This document shows positions 12,900 through 27,767 of a DNA stretch of 64,000 nucleotides, piece by piece; positions within the stretch are counted from its first letter, which is position 1, and each line of letters opens with the position of its first letter. The notes below the pieces were generated by a model. It made no database searches. It was not told where the DNA came from and worked only from the letters and a program-made list of their open reading frames with translations. Position numbers and translations under genes: made by a program. This DNA is from Eledone cirrhosa. Taxonomy: Eukaryota. The stretch is from assembly GCA_964016885.1 (NCBI GenBank), contig OZ024750.1, forward strand, positions 10,230,001 to 10,294,000, in the 5' to 3' direction.

Positions 12900-13273
12900 C
12901 ATTTTCTTATTGTTTTGTAACCTTCTTGTAGCTGGCTTTCACACTAATTATTGCCTTTCTTCTCCATTTTCTTCTTTCTTTCATTATCTCTTCTTCAAAA
13001 GCTTCCAGGCACTTTTGATATGTTGCTTCTTAGTATGGCACCATGCAATTGTCTGTGGTGCCAGTCTGTGTCCTTTCTACCATGTCATATTTACTAGGCA
13101 TGTCTTATATTAAAAAGAAAAACAGTCTATTCAGAGCTTGCTCCTTCCTGGTCTTATGTCTACTACCTTCCTTTCTCAGGTGTATATTCTTCAGTGGCAA
13201 TCTCAGTAACTGTATTGCTATAAACTAAATGTAGCAGAAAGCTAAAATTATTTTATTATAAAATATATTTGAA

Positions 13274-13279
13274 AATAAA
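13274..13279 (+). terminator. candidate polyadenylation signal of alpha-spectrin
   Basis: first AATAAA ~375 nt after the stop, followed by GT/T-rich sequence. Confidence 0.55.
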
Positions 13280-16019
13280 ATCTGGTCACCAAATGTCTAC
13301 GTTTATCTGTCCAGTTGCTGTGAGACCCGTGTAAGTTTTCTTCTTAGCTTCTTCAAGCTTCATTAAACTCTTAATGTTTTCTCTATTCTGTAATATCTGT
13401 GTCTGTTGGCACTTATAACTGCCTGGTAAAGATATCTGATAGTTATTGAGAACTGTAGGGACAGGCCTGTCTGATTAGGTTGTGAGATGTATAGTAAGAT
13501 ATATAAGACAGATGATGGGTCATATTTTATACCATTCACTGCTTCTCTTCTTTAACACTTCAGCAAGTTTCTAAGAAAAGTCTAAACTAATTCACTAATA
13601 TTAGGATAATATGGAAGGATTTTGTTAATTGGAAAGAGGTATTTTGACATGTTGCTAGCTATTTTTATCTACAATAAAATGCCTTCACCTTCTCAAAATG
13701 TCTTGTGTTGTTTTTGTTTGATTTAACTACAGATAATAAATTGCTCCAGCTTGTCTATAGAAACTTTAAACTTGTGAAGATTAGGTGTGGGCATTGTCTA
13801 GAAAGTCTGACAGGTATGTGGGTTGTGAGAACAACCTTCAGTTTGATGAGGCTGGTTCTTCTGCAGTCCCACACAATTCTTACAGTCTGCTGAAAGCCAT
13901 AATGGTGTTGGAAATCCTGCTGTTGACCCCTTAAGTAATGTTTATTATTCTTGAAAGTAAATGAATTCAACTGCTTGTAGGTTTTTGGTGTCCAGAAGAA
14001 TGCTGCTTTCATACTTGTTGATGGACCACCCTAACAAGTTCAGAGAAACACATTCTCATTGGCACATAGAGCCTGGATATTCCGAATGGTTGCTAGTGGC
14101 ATTTTGGTATTTTTAAAAGATGCCTATAGGTTTTCTCAGTTTTAGCTAGTCTCAGGCTGCAGCCCCTCCCCCCTTAATATGTACATCCATCACAGAATCA
14201 AAGAGATCAGAGACAATAACAAAATCAATTATTGATCTCTGTTTCTGATTCCCCTTATACCATATGTTTATGGATGTCTCTGTATTGGAAGAAGGTGTTC
14301 ATAATAGAGTGTCCATTGCTAAAACAGAAGTCTAATAAGGCCTCTCCATTCGGATTTAGATCGAGATCATCATTCCTTCCAATATCTCCTTTCCATGTCA
14401 GTGCCAACATGTGCATTGAAGTCTCCCATTATGATATATGACTTAGTCGTAACTACATCTAACACTGTAGTGACTTCATCAAGGAAAGACCTGTATATGG
14501 GCTCTGTTTGGCACCACCCATAGAGACCTTTCTTTCAGCCTAAGCTTCACGAGCCCGAATGGGATGCAGTTCATACCACCATCTAAACATCACCTACGTA
14601 CAGTCATATTCCCATCTGAAGCACACAAACACACACACACACACACACATATATGTATATACATCATCTAAACACATCTACATACTGTGATGTTTACACT
14701 TTATACTGTATTTTACTGTTTGACTACTTGTGTTGGAGGGTGTTTATACATAATGTGTGTGTGTGTGTATTCAAGCGTATACACAGTTGTACTGTATGGA
14801 TATTCATGAAATGTCTGATGTATACATGTAGCGAAATCTCTTCACATATACTGACCCCCAAATGACATCTGGCTGCTATTTCTCTTTATCTCGGTTGGCG
14901 TCAGCAGTCTGGAGCGGCTGGCCAACTTGAGATGAAGTGAGAAGTTTTTCTTTAGGTCATTCGACTCTGGTTTCTCAAAAGAGAAACATCACTTCGACCT
15001 GCTCAGGTAAGTAGTAAGATGTATTGCTTAGCAAAATACTATGGCCCTCTCGACAAGGGCCCAACAGCAATTCTTCCATCAGCACTCCAATCACAGAGAA
15101 TCATCTGCCTTTTCATATAGACAACACAGCTTCCTTACTACTACCTCTACTGGTACGTACTGTCTGACTACAACTTGTCACTTTCTAATTGAGCATAACA
15201 TATTAAACAAAGATTCTCCAGCAAAACGGGGGGGCTTTTCGAATAGTGTATTCATTTGTGAGTATTACCATCAAACTTTATATTTTTATGATTCGAAGTA
15301 ATGGTATTCTTTTTCCTATTTAACTGAAGTAAAGTTATATAACTAACCTAAATTATTGTATTTGTCGTGTTTATCATCCTCTTCAATAACAACCAAAGAA
15401 CTTTGCATCATACACACTCAAACACATTATATTACCCTAATAACTTAGTGTGTGTGCAATGAGAATAGTGTGTAATGTACGTACTGTATGTATGTATGTA
15501 TGAATGCATATATATGTGTGTGTGAGCCTGTGATTGTGTCACATGTATATAGTATGTATATATGCAGTGTGTTAGGTGTGTAAACACTAAACCTTTAAAT
15601 GAAGTTTTTCTCTTCTCATGACTCATAATCTCTCCTCCCTCTCACTTTCTCTCACAAACAATTCTCTCCCTCTCTCTTCCTCATCTCCCAGACACTCTCT
15701 CTCTTTCATGTCCTTACATATTAGCCTACTCCACCCACCCTCATTACCCACAATCTGTCTCCAACTCTTTTCTACTCAATACCCCAGAAATATGGTCCCG
15801 CCTCCTCTATTGTCCCAGGCAATCTGTCCCCTTTTTTAAATCTCATGTTGCAACAGCCTTCCCATCAGAGAGACCCTGAATCTGTTTACAAGGACCATAG
15901 TTTATTAACCTCAGCTGTGTGTGGGCCCCACACAACTATATCAGACTGATTGTATTTTAATTTGGTGGCGGGGGTTCTATTTTTAGGTTCCATTAATATC
16001 ACTGAGTCAACGGTCTCTT

Positions 16020-16559
16020 GTATGTGCGTGTGTGATGTATGTATATGTATGTATATATGTATGTATATGTATGTATATATGTATGTATATATGTATGTAT
16101 ATATGTATGTATATATGTATGTATATATGTATGTATATGTATGTATATATGTATGTATATGTATGTATATATGTATGTATATGTATGTATATACGTATGT
16201 ATATGTATGTATATACGTATGTATATGTATGTATATACGTATGTATATGTATGTATGTATATGTATGTATGTATATGTATGTATGTATATGTATGTATGT
16301 ATATGTATGTATGTATATGTATGTATGTATGTATATGTATGTATGTATATGTATGTATGTATATGTATGTATGTATATATATGTATGTATATGTATGTAT
16401 GTATATGTATGTATATATATGTATGTATATGTATGTATGTATATGTATGTATGTATATGTATGTATGTATATGTATGTATGTATATGTATGTATGTATAT
16501 ATATGTATGTATGTATATGTATGTATGTATGTATGTGTATGTATGTATATGTATGTATG

Positions 16560-16630
<71 letters not shown>

Positions 16631-17130
16631 GTATGTATGTATATGTATGTATGTATGTATATGTATGTATGTATGTATATGTGTGTATGTGTGTATGTGT
16701 GTATGTGTGTATGTGTATGTATGTATATGTATATGTATGTATGTATATGTATATGTGTGTGTGTGTGTGTATGTGTGTATGTATGTATGTATGTATGTAT
16801 ATGTATGTATGTATGTGTGTATGTATGTGTATGTATATATATATATGTGTATGTATATATATATATGTGTATGTATATATATGTATGTATATATATATGT
16901 ATGTATGTATATATATATATATATATGTATGTATATATATATATATATATGTATGTATATATATATATATATATATGTATGTATATGTATATATATATAT
17001 GTATGTATATGTATATGTATATGTATGTATATGTATATGTATGTATATGTATATGTATATATATATATGTATGTATATATATATATATATGTATGTATAT
17101 GTATGTATGTATGTGTGTGTGTGTGCGCGC
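16020..17130. repeat. (TATG/TA/TG)n microsatellite
   Basis: direct reading. Confidence 0.97.
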
Positions 17131-17280
17131 ACAGTGTCTTTTTTTCTTTGAATTCTTCCTATTTAAAAAAGGCGACTTGTTTTCTATGAAACAGAACCCT
17201 ACCTTTAGAATTCAAACATCAATAACTTGAATTAATTAAATTTTATGCTTTAGCAAAGCCTTGTAAATTTTCCCTGATCT

Positions 17281-17582
17281 AGGAGGGTGGACTGAAAGGT
17301 TCATATGCTGAGTATGAAGAAGTGATGCTAGAACTGTGAAATCTTGCATGCATTAATTTCAACTCTTATTAGTAATAACTGCATTGTTTCTTTCCAGGTA
17401 AACTGACATCTGACTGTTTAAAGAAGACTTCAAAAGTAACTAGTAGTGAGCTATTTCTCTTGAAAATGGACAAAATTTTGTATTGTAGTGTTATCAAGTA
17501 CCTATTGAAAAAGGGTTTAGCCCCCAAGGACATTCATACCGATATGGTTGCTACAACATTAGGAGATGATGCTCAGCTTTAT
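17281..17582 (+). mobile_element. mariner 5' end with transposase N-terminus
   Basis: MDKILYCSVIKYLLKKGLAPKDIHTDMVATTLGDDA resembles the mariner HTH domain; TIR-like start also seen at 63248-63288. Confidence 0.75.
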
Positions 17583-18081
17583 ATCATCATCATCATCATT
17601 TTATATCCACTTTTCCCTGCTTGCAAGCGTGGGACAGGTCCTATTCAGCACAGCATCTCTCCACTTGTCACGGTCCTTCGTCATCTCCTCCGTGAGCTTC
17701 AGCGATCTGAGGTCCACTTTCACCACCTCCGCCCATGTTTTTCTTGGTCTTCCTCTACTGCATCTTCCTTCTACTGGCATTTCTTGGCACTTCTTTACCC
17801 AGCGGTCATCCTCCATGCGCATCACATGTCCATACCATCGCAGTCTTCTCTCCTGCACACCACAACTTATCCCTCTTATACACAGTCTCTCTCTCAACTC
17901 CTCCATGCTTGGTTGTTCACGCACATTGACATGACACATCCAGCGAAGCATGCTTGCCTCATTTCTCTCCAGCCGTCCCACATTCTCCGCAGTTGCTGTC
18001 CATGTCTCACTACCATGCAGCATCGCGCATCTCACGCAGGCATCATATAACCGACTTTTCGTTCTCAAGGAGAAACCCTTC
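17583..18081 (-). mobile_element. RTE LINE 3' fragment inserted in a mariner remnant
   Basis: MLHGSETW...[10 protein letters not shown]...GRPRKTW; (GAT)n tail. Confidence 0.9.
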
Positions 18082-20455
18082 TATATATATATATATAATT
18101 TGATGAGTACATGGTAGCTAGTCCTTGGTTTTCCCTAAAACCACAGCTTCCATTTAAACCGTGATAGAATCAAATGTATGTATGTATGCTTTTCTTTTTG
18201 TTTCTTCGTAAGTGCAAGGGGAAACAGCTCCTCTATTCTGTCCACCAGGGCCAAGGGGCCGCCAGCGCGTGGGGCCCCATTTGCTCATAATAGTGGGAGA
18301 TGGGGAAAGAGGGAGAGATGGAGGCAGTGACAGTGGGAGTTTGGTTCCTTTGTGTTTGGACCTTGTGCATTTGTATGTTTCCTGGCCTCTCTCTTCACAC
18401 ACACAACACATTGTATGTGTTAATATAGATCTTTAGTATAAGTATTCAATACCGAAGTAGAGTTTAAATATTCGTTATCATGGCTATAAGTCTTGTTACT
18501 CTGGAGTTTCACCTGTGTACTCATAGGATTTTCAGACAAGACACATCACCTGGTCATGTGTGTGTGTGTGTATCTGTGTTTGTAATATTGTTTATTCATA
18601 TTGTTGTAGCAATAATCATTCATATTAACTCCCATACCATACATAACTTGTGTAATATAAGTGTATGTTGGATTACATTAACAGATGTCCTTTCTGTGAT
18701 GATAGCGTTGATGCCATTGTTGGTGATGGTGATGATGATGATGATACTGTTGTTGCTATTGATGTCGTCCCTATTCCCCACCATACCATACCACACCACA
18801 CAGACAAAGAAGACCACACACGGACCAGACAAAACATTGTCAACAAGTCCTCTCTACACGATATATCACACCACCATCCACCCACGACACCAGGTCCTGA
18901 AGTCTAGGAAGGAGAGAGGGGGAGGGGGTAAAGACATGGTGATTGTGCTTTTCATATTGATATTCATGTCTGCAGTAGGTGGTGGTGGTGGTGGTGGTGC
19001 CTGTAATAGTGGTGGTGGTGCCTGTAATAGTGGAGGTGGTGGTGGTGGTGCCTGTAATAGAGGTGGTGGTGGTGGTTCATATAGCGGTAATAAATACAAT
19101 ACTAGATGGTTAGTGATGGCAGCTGTAGTGATGTAGAGTTTGTGGTGGATAGAGGAGGTAGTGTTGTTGATGTTGTAATGTGCTAGTGTGTGTGGCGTTG
19201 TTAATGTGATGGAGGTGGTAATGGTGGCAGTGTTTACGGTGAAATGTTGAGATTCCCCTCTCCCAAACCCGTAAAAAACTTATAAATATCGTGAAGCCAC
19301 CCGCCAAGTATCGCCTTTGCCCACATAACACCACACACACACCTCTCTCTCACACACACCACACATTACACACACTCACATCACACACTACACATTACAC
19401 ACCACACACCTCTCTCACATATCTCTCACACAGATTACAACACACTCACACACCTCACATACACCTCACACACACACATCATACACACACACACACCTCA
19501 CTCACATACACCTCTCACACACATTACACACACACCACACATACACATGCCCCTTTCACATACATTACACACACTCACACACATACCACACATACACACA
19601 CACCTCACACACATACACACACCTCTCTCATACACACACCTATATATATGACTATTTCACCATAACATTAACCACCCGCGCCGGGTACCATCATTGTTTT
19701 GGTATCAAGTAACAACACACTTGACATTAGATGTCGTTTCTGGTATGTATATTTGTGTGTGTGTTTATATGTGTGCATGAGTGTGTCTGTGGGTGTGTAT
19801 ATGAGTATGTGTGTATGTGTTTGCGTGTGATAATTAGAAAACATTTACTTCGGCTCATCGAAATTCCATTGTAGCTGTTGTTTAACCCAAGTTCAACCCT
19901 CGCCCAGTACAGCTACGATGAAAAGACACTCTAGCCATGTGCAGGAAACTCAAAACTACATTATCCGACGTAACCATTACTAAGACGGAGGATTGTGGTG
20001 ATTTGAGGAAGATTTGGTAACTATTTCTAGCAGATTTAGCGACGACTACGTGGAGCTCCCATTGATGCTCGGAGAAGGGAAGTGGGTGGTATGAGGAGAG
20101 GAAGACGAAGAAATAATTCCAATAAATACATGCATACATATCTCCGAGAGTGTGTAATAATAATAATGAAATTGTGTACAGTGCTCAGGTGCACTACAAC
20201 TCATCAAAGGTGCATGTATAGTACATAGAATAATGTACAAATGTCAGGAAAATGAACAGTGTATGAGTCATGATATAATAATAATAACAATAATGAAATA
20301 TTGTGTACAGTGCCCAGGTGCACTACAACTCATCAAAAAGTGCATGTACAGTACATAGGGCAATGCTCAAACATCAGTAAAATGAACAGTGCACGAGTCA
20401 TGATACACACGTGTGCATGTGTATGGAAGGGGTACATCAGGTGTGTATATATATA

Positions 20456-20602
20456 TCATCCGCTTTTTCCCTGCTTGCAAGGGTGGGACGGGAACTGATT
20501 CTGGCTTGATTTCTACAGCTGGATGCCCTTCCTAACACCAACCTCATTTACAGTGAGTGCTGGATGCTTTTTTGACGTGGCACCTCCACGACCACTTTGC
20601 AG
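20456..20602 (-). mobile_element. RTE 3' UTR/tail fragment
   Basis: reverse complement of GGTTGGTGTTAGGAAGGGCATCCAGCTGTAGAAATCAAGCCAGA found in the 37.2 kb copy. Confidence 0.7.
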
Positions 20603-21874
20603 TGGAATGATAGAGACCCCCAGTCCCTATCATCTCATTTCTACAGCTGAGTAAACTGGAGCAATATAAAACCATATTTATTTTATTATATATATTTCAA
20701 GGGCGACCAAGCCAATCTTGGTGCGCTTTCATCAGATAAAATACAAAATTTGTTTTATAAATAATGACATACCCATGGAAATCACACCTTAACGGTCAGA
20801 AATTCGCTGGATAGTGTATATATATATATATATATATATATGATGAAAAATAAAAGAAAGGAGTATCATTGTCAGTTGTCTACTAGGAATCAGTGGTATT
20901 TCTTCGCATTAGAGACAATATACCTCAACCTAGGGCGAACAATAACTAAAATAAGTTATTGGGATAAAAGAGGGGAGGGGGGAGAAAAACATGTAAACAG
21001 ACACGAAGGGTGAAGCAACATAGAGAGGAAAAACGAAAAATATCAAGCCAACACCTCATTTCGAACGTAAGAACTGGCGAATTTTGATGAGAGAGAAAAA
21101 AGACACGTCTTAGCTGTAGCAGTGTTAACGAGAGAAGAGGCTGCGTACAGTGGCGGATGAAGGAGTTATTGTTTGTCCTAGCGAAGAAATATAGACAGCT
21201 GACGAGGATACTCCTTTCTTTTGCCCGTAACTTTTATTTTTCATTATACTTAAATGCAACCACACAGCTCGCCATTTTTATTCATATACATATATATATA
21301 TATATATATATAAATGAAAAGTATAGAAATTATTATGAGCAAGAAGCACACAATATTTCATAATATATAAGTGACTATAGCGTCAAAATGGGAAAATAGT
21401 TAACGTAAGATGTGGGAAAAATAATTCAAACTCAATTCAAAAAGAATCAGGATATAGATTCATCCAACAGAATTTAGTGAAATCCAGGGAAAAATCAATA
21501 AAGCCTTAACTCATGATAAAATAAAGTTTAAAATACTCATCCTTCAATTTGGAAAAACTATATAAGAAGAAATTAAAAGATGGTTAAAGAAGTTCCATAT
21601 ATTTTATATTCTTTAACCATCTTTTAATTTTTTCTTTAATATATACTCCAGTTCTACCTACTGTTGAGTGCTACTTATCTGATATATGCATAATTTTATT
21701 ATTGTATATATATATATATATATATGTGTGTGTATATGCTTTTTTTTAAAATCCAAATTCAATAAACAAACCAGGATTTTTTTTCATTCTGAGGATTGAA
21801 AGCAAAACCCTTTGCTTTTAAGAAACGACTGGTAAATGGAATAATTGCCTTATGTTGTTTATTACATAATAATA

Positions 21875-21919
<45 letters not shown>

Positions 21920-22501
21920 AATTAAGAGAGATAGAGAGGGGGGGGGGGGAACAGTTGAGGTATTTTGACAAAACAATGTTGAGTTTCCGGTTGAATCAAA
22001 ATAAACACTGTCCTTGAAGTAAGGATGTTGTTGTTGTATTGGTACTTGTGGTGGGGGTGGGGGTGGGGGTATTATTGTTGATGTTGTTGTTACTGTTGTT
22101 GTGGTGGTATTGGTAGTTGTAGTCATGGTGTTGTTGTTGGTGGTGGTATTGTTGGTGTTGTAGTGTTAATGTTGTTGTTACTGTTGTGCTGTTATTGTTG
22201 TTGGTGGTATTGTTGTTGATGGTGGTCTAGTGTTAATGTTGCTACTGTTGATGTGGTAGTGGTAGTTGTGGTTGTAGTCGTGGTGTTGTTAATGCTATTG
22301 TGGTATGGTGTTATGTTGCGGTGTCGTGTATATTGATGTAGAGGGGTGTTGTTGTTGATGTTATTGTGGTGTGTAATGGTGTGGTGGTGTTGTGGTGTGG
22401 TGTGGTGTGTAGGAAGATGTGAAACATTTCACATAATCAAGTGACTTTTTCAGAAAATGATTCATGTCGACCTCTCTTTTGAACTGGAACGGTAAACATC
22501 T

Positions 22502-23185
22502 AGATTGACAGACAGACAGCAGACAAATAGAGAGACAGTCTGACAGACAGAGAGACTGACAGACAGCAGACAAATAGAGACAGACTGACAGACAGCAGAC
22601 AAATAGAGAGACAGTCTGACAGACAGAGAGACTGACAGACAGCAGACAAATAGAGAGACAGTCTGACAGACAGAGAGACTGACAGACAGCAGACAAATAG
22701 AGACAGACTGACAGACAGCAGACAAATAGAGAGACAGTCTGACAGACAGAGAGACTGACAGACAGCAGACAAATAGAGAGACAGTCTGACAGACAGAGAG
22801 ACTGACAGACAGCAGACAAATAGAGACAGACTGACAGACAGCAGACAAATAGAGAGACAGTCTGACAGACAGAGAGACTGACAGACAGCAGACAAATAGA
22901 GACAGACTGACAGACAGCAGACAAATAGAGAGACAGTCTGACAGACAGAGAGACTGACAGACAGCAGACAAATAGAGACAGACTGACAGACAGCAGACAA
23001 ATAGAGAGACAGTCTGACAGACAGAGAGACTGACAGACAGCAGACAAATAGAGACAGACTGACAGAGACAGACTGACTGACTGACAGAGAGACAGACTGA
23101 CAGAGAGATAGATAGATTGACTGACAAAGAGAGAGACTGACTGGCAGAGAGATAGAGAAACAGAGAGAGATAGGCAGAGAGAGAC
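22502..23185. repeat. GACA-based compound minisatellite
   Basis: alternating long and short units built on AGACAGCAGACAAATAGAGA. Confidence 0.9.
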
Positions 23186-23347
23186 TGTGAAGTAGAGTGG
23201 CAGACGGTAGCAACAACACCATCAACAACAGCAATATTAACAATAATATCAACGACGATGTCAATAACAATATTGTCAACAACACCAAAAATAATATCAA
23301 CAACATCAATATTAACAACACAACAACCAGCATAATCAATAACAATG

Positions 23348-23535
23348 TGGATTGGCAGTATCGGTAGAGGGTCGGACGCCATGCTTTGTAGCATAGAGTT
23401 ATGCCCCTTTACGGTTTGAGTTCAAATCCCGCCGAAGTTAACTTTGTCTTTCATCCTTACGAGGGTCGATAATATAAAGTACCAGTAATACACTGGAGTA
23501 GATAATTGCTGGCCTTCTGCCTAAAGTAGAAACAA
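23348..23535 (+). mobile_element. same tRNA-derived SINE family
   Basis: A/B boxes and central domain. Confidence 0.8.
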
Positions 23536-23669
23536 ATATTTATAGCGCCGCCACCACCAACAACAACAACAACAATACGACCTCATCGATGACGGACGAA
23601 GGCCATCATTATCAACAACAATAACAATAACAAAACTACGGAGAAAAGGTTTTCTTGTTTTGTTCGTTG

Positions 23670-23700
<31 letters not shown>

Positions 23701-23748
23701 CAATTTCATAAATAGTCAGACATCTGTCTGTCTCTCTTTTCTCTCCCC

Positions 23749-23909
23749 CAGGGCCGTCTTAACACCATTATAGGCCCCCCCGGGCAAAGCAGAGCACTGG
23801 GGCTCCTACCTACACAACCACTCACAAGAATAAAAATACAAATGCCCCCCCCCCCCCCCCCCCCCCCCCCGGCAACTGCCCAGCGTGCCTATGCGTTTAG
23901 ACGGCCCTG
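23749..23909. mobile_element. hAT-type MITE
   Basis: TIR CAGGGCCGTCT/AGACGGCCCTG; perfect 8-bp target duplication CTCTCCCC. Confidence 0.85.
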
Positions 23910-24328
23910 CTCTCCCCTCCTCCCTCTACATTCTTAGAAAGCGCATCTGTCTCTCTCTATCTGTCTCTCTCCTCCTCCACCTTCCCTCTTAGAAAGCATG
24001 TGAAACTATCTCCCCCCCACCACCACCACCAGTCTTGTAATGTCAACACTCTACAATGTTATCTCACTCTCAACTGTTGAACATTTTTGGAAATATTTCA
24101 CATAACTGTTCTCTATAAACAGTTGTTGTTGATGTTGTTATTGTTGTTGTTACTGTTGTTGTTGTTGTTATTACTGTTGTTGATGGTGTTGTTGTTGTTG
24201 ATGTCATTACTGTTGTCGTTATTACTGTTGTTGTTGCTGTTGTTATTATTGTCATCCTTGTTGATAATGTCGAGTATATATGTATGTGTGTATATGTGTA
24301 TATATGTATGTATATATGAGTGTGTATG

Positions 24329-24427
<99 letters not shown>

Positions 24428-25078
24428 AATATTCAGTTTGAAGAAGAAAATATACCCATGAATATTAGGGAGGGATATATAGAAGTTAGAGATTGTTGGA
24501 ATCTGTAGTTGTAGACAATATTTGGTAAGAGAGGGAGAGAGGGGACAGGTGCAAAGTAAAGGTTTAAGGGGAGTGGGGGTGATATATTGCTGAGATGCCA
24601 ATGTTCCTTACATAATATTCTTCAGGTCACTGCTATTTTGTGTGTAATGGGTGTGTGTTCCTAGTGGGATGGCTTTAAGTTGCGTGTGGGCGAGTCCTAT
24701 AAGCAGAAGTTAAGGAAGGCGTAAAGTGTAGCTGTGTCATTTGTATTTGTAACATGTTTGTTTGTTTGAAGGTGACAGCTAGTAAATCGTTAATATACAT
24801 GAACAAAAAAATACGAGGATACAAATTTGTCTGGTTATAGGACTCGATTTAATAGAATTGAAAACCAGTAGCACCTTTGACAACACATGTTGATCGGAAG
24901 TTTGTGATTAGAAGGAAGTTAACCCTGTATCGGATCAGAATTGGCTGGTGTTTCTCAACGGTCTTGTAGATATGACCGTTATCTCCATCCAACCAATCCT
25001 AGAAGCTCATCAAGCTGGTACTTATACTAGATTCTTCAGTGTTAAGTCACTAGGAGGCCAGGCCAGGCCATAGCAAGA

Positions 25079-25296
25079 TTAGCCCTTTAGCATTTAAACT
25101 GGCCGTATCCGGCTATAACTCTCTCACTTCTTTCAGTTCATCTGGCTGTAACTCAGACCTACAATAAGGTATTGCTCTCAAAATAAATCACATCAATCTC
25201 ATAGATTTGATATTATGTGTGATAATTACGTAGGATAAATCCTTTATTGGGAAAATATAATAGTAATTATAGAATAATGTAAATGCTAAAGGGTTA
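25079..25296. mobile_element. TTAA-type MITE copy
   Basis: same CCCTTTAGCATTTA TIRs and internal sequence as 60418-60645. Confidence 0.7.
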
Positions 25297-25544
25297 ACTC
25301 CCAGTTACTGTTAGTACTTATTTTCAATTAAGTGTAATGGAGCAATGTGAGGTGAACACAACACCCTCCTCGGCCTCGCTATATATATATATATATTTAT
25401 TTTAGTTATTGCTCGCACCAACCTGAGGTATCTGATTTTTAATGCGATGAAATACCAATGATGGTTGGCAAAATCACTGATGAGGGACTAATTTTATAAT
25501 ATGTAATCCATGTGCAACCATGCAGTATTCTTCTTCCCCTTGTT

Positions 25545-25594
<50 letters not shown>

Positions 25595-26464
25595 CAAGGA
25601 GAAAGAGACGATTATGAGGAAGAAAAATATATTTTTTTTCCTTTTTTTTTGTCTCTCTCTCTTTTTTCTGGGTTAGAAAATGATTAAAACGAAGTGTTTT
25701 ACTTTGTGTGATGTGTTAAGGTATTAGTTGATTTATTATATATATATGCAGGTAGATGACCAGTTAGGGTATTCTAACTGGTAGATCTTGATGTATCCTC
25801 AGGTAAACACTCAAAATACTGAAACATCCCAGATTACATCTGGCGGTCTCCTGACAGGGGGAGCTGATATTGAGAGAGGAGAGATTGAATTTTATTAGTT
25901 CCCCTATCTGAGTGTGTGTGTGTGTGTGTGTATGAAAAGTCTACAAAAACCCCCCAAAAAAACCAACACGGGAGAACAATACAATGATGATAAATGTATT
26001 AGTTTAACGCTTGATATAATGGGGAAAGAGTCTTAACGTTTCGAGCATTAGTCTTTCAACAGAAGATAGAATGAAAGATAGACGAGATTAAGAAGGGTGA
26101 GAAACAGAAACAGGAGGAAAACTAATGTGTGTTTAATCAACCATAAACATATGGCAGTTTTGGTCAGCTAAATTCTACTCATCCATGGCTGTGTAATTGA
26201 ACTTGGAAACAATTAATTATGAGGCAAACATCTTAACCCCACAGCCATGTCTGTGCCCAATCACCATTTGTACAAGTTGTACGTGTTACTTGTGCAACTT
26301 AGACAAATCATACAATTCATTATTTAAATCAACTTATGTAACAGATATGCAAGTCGTACAGTGCACACACACACACACACACACACACTACATAACATAT
26401 ATACAGATAAGCATACACTAATACATACATCTATTCATACAGACATACATATTACGAACATATG

Positions 26465-27190
26465 TACTACACCACTGGCTCAATCTGTAAGAAATAGTGG
26501 CTGGTATGAAAGTAATTTGTAGATAAACCAAGCTACTTCTAATTATTAAAACTGTTATATCATGGCTGTGGAGACATAGAAGGGAGTTGCTTACAATCCA
26601 TTTTCCAGATATACAGTCCCAAACCATGTCATTGCCACAACTGTCAGATTCATGTACTCAAGTAGATGATGGTGAATTGTATACCTAATGTCGTACAAGA
26701 GAATTCCACCATCACAGTCAAACAAATTAGATTTCTCTTCATCAATCTACCAAATTATCTACAAGTTTAACGATGTTAAATTCTTATTTTTCTGCCTCAA
26801 ACAACCATAGTTTATGTTAAGTGGTAGTAACACCATTCTTCTGTTGAGTACCATTCAAAATATCAACAGCAGTCATTTTCCTCCTCTTCATAAACAAACA
26901 GAAGTATTGGTCCATCCTTTTGTTGTTGTTCTCTAGAAAGGGAAATCAGATTAGACTCCAGTTATATTGATGATGGCCATGGTATGATGTACAGCTTTCA
27001 ATTGCAAAAGGTATGACTTACAACAGCCATTTCAGCTGATATAATGGAGTTATCGATTAGTTGTGTCACTTGAGGTGTGGAGTTAAGTCAGCACTGGGTG
27101 GTACTATTACATAAATATATATATATGTATATTACACACACACACACACACACACATATAATGGATGATTCATTTTGATACACCCTGTAT
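26465..27190 (-). mobile_element. decayed Tc1/mariner-type transposon
   Basis: TACAGGGTGTATCAAAATGA TIR-like end; MVWDCISG resembles the Tc1 MVWGC motif. Confidence 0.45.
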
Positions 27191-27767
27191 ATATGCTTTT
27201 GTATATATGTGTGTGTGTACATTTCTTTCACAGTCAACAATATTTACAACAACAACATTATGTAACCTTTAACAACAGAAATCTATTCTTAGACGGGATA
27301 ATATCAGGGATGGCGGGGTCTTTGTAGGGAGTGACTGGGGGGGCTGGGCTTCACTTGGTGGGTGGTATTGTATGATGATACTACTACTACTATTACTATT
27401 GTTACCACCATGACCACTACCCACTACTACTATTTTTATTGTTGTTACTACCACCACTACCCCCACCACCACTTCATCTACTACTACTGCTCCTCCTACT
27501 ACTACTAATTTCTTTATTAGCCACATAAGGCTCACATTAAGAAAACATTAAAAACAACACATGATGGCACTGTGTGTGTGTGGGGGGGGGTTAATAAATT
27601 TATAACAGGGACTAAGAAAATAAACATTAAAAAAAAACATCAAACAACAATTTCCTCAAAAATGGGGAGACTCGAAGGGTCACTCATGGAGAAAACCCAC
27701 AAAAATCCACGACCACCAGGGGCAAGGGTCTCTCCCAGTTGTCCTCCACCAATCTACAGATGTACAC

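Noticed and set aside
13300-15420. Possible LTR/LINE relic or extra exon downstream of spectrin
   Set aside because: No recognisable protein motif, paired LTRs or consistent splice partners found
18866-19665. Pro-, Gly- and His-rich ORFs
   Set aside because: (GGT)n and (CA)n simple repeats with no splice-supported context
22361-23394. S/L/V/C-rich ORFs
   Set aside because: Translation of a GACA-based satellite, open in all three frames
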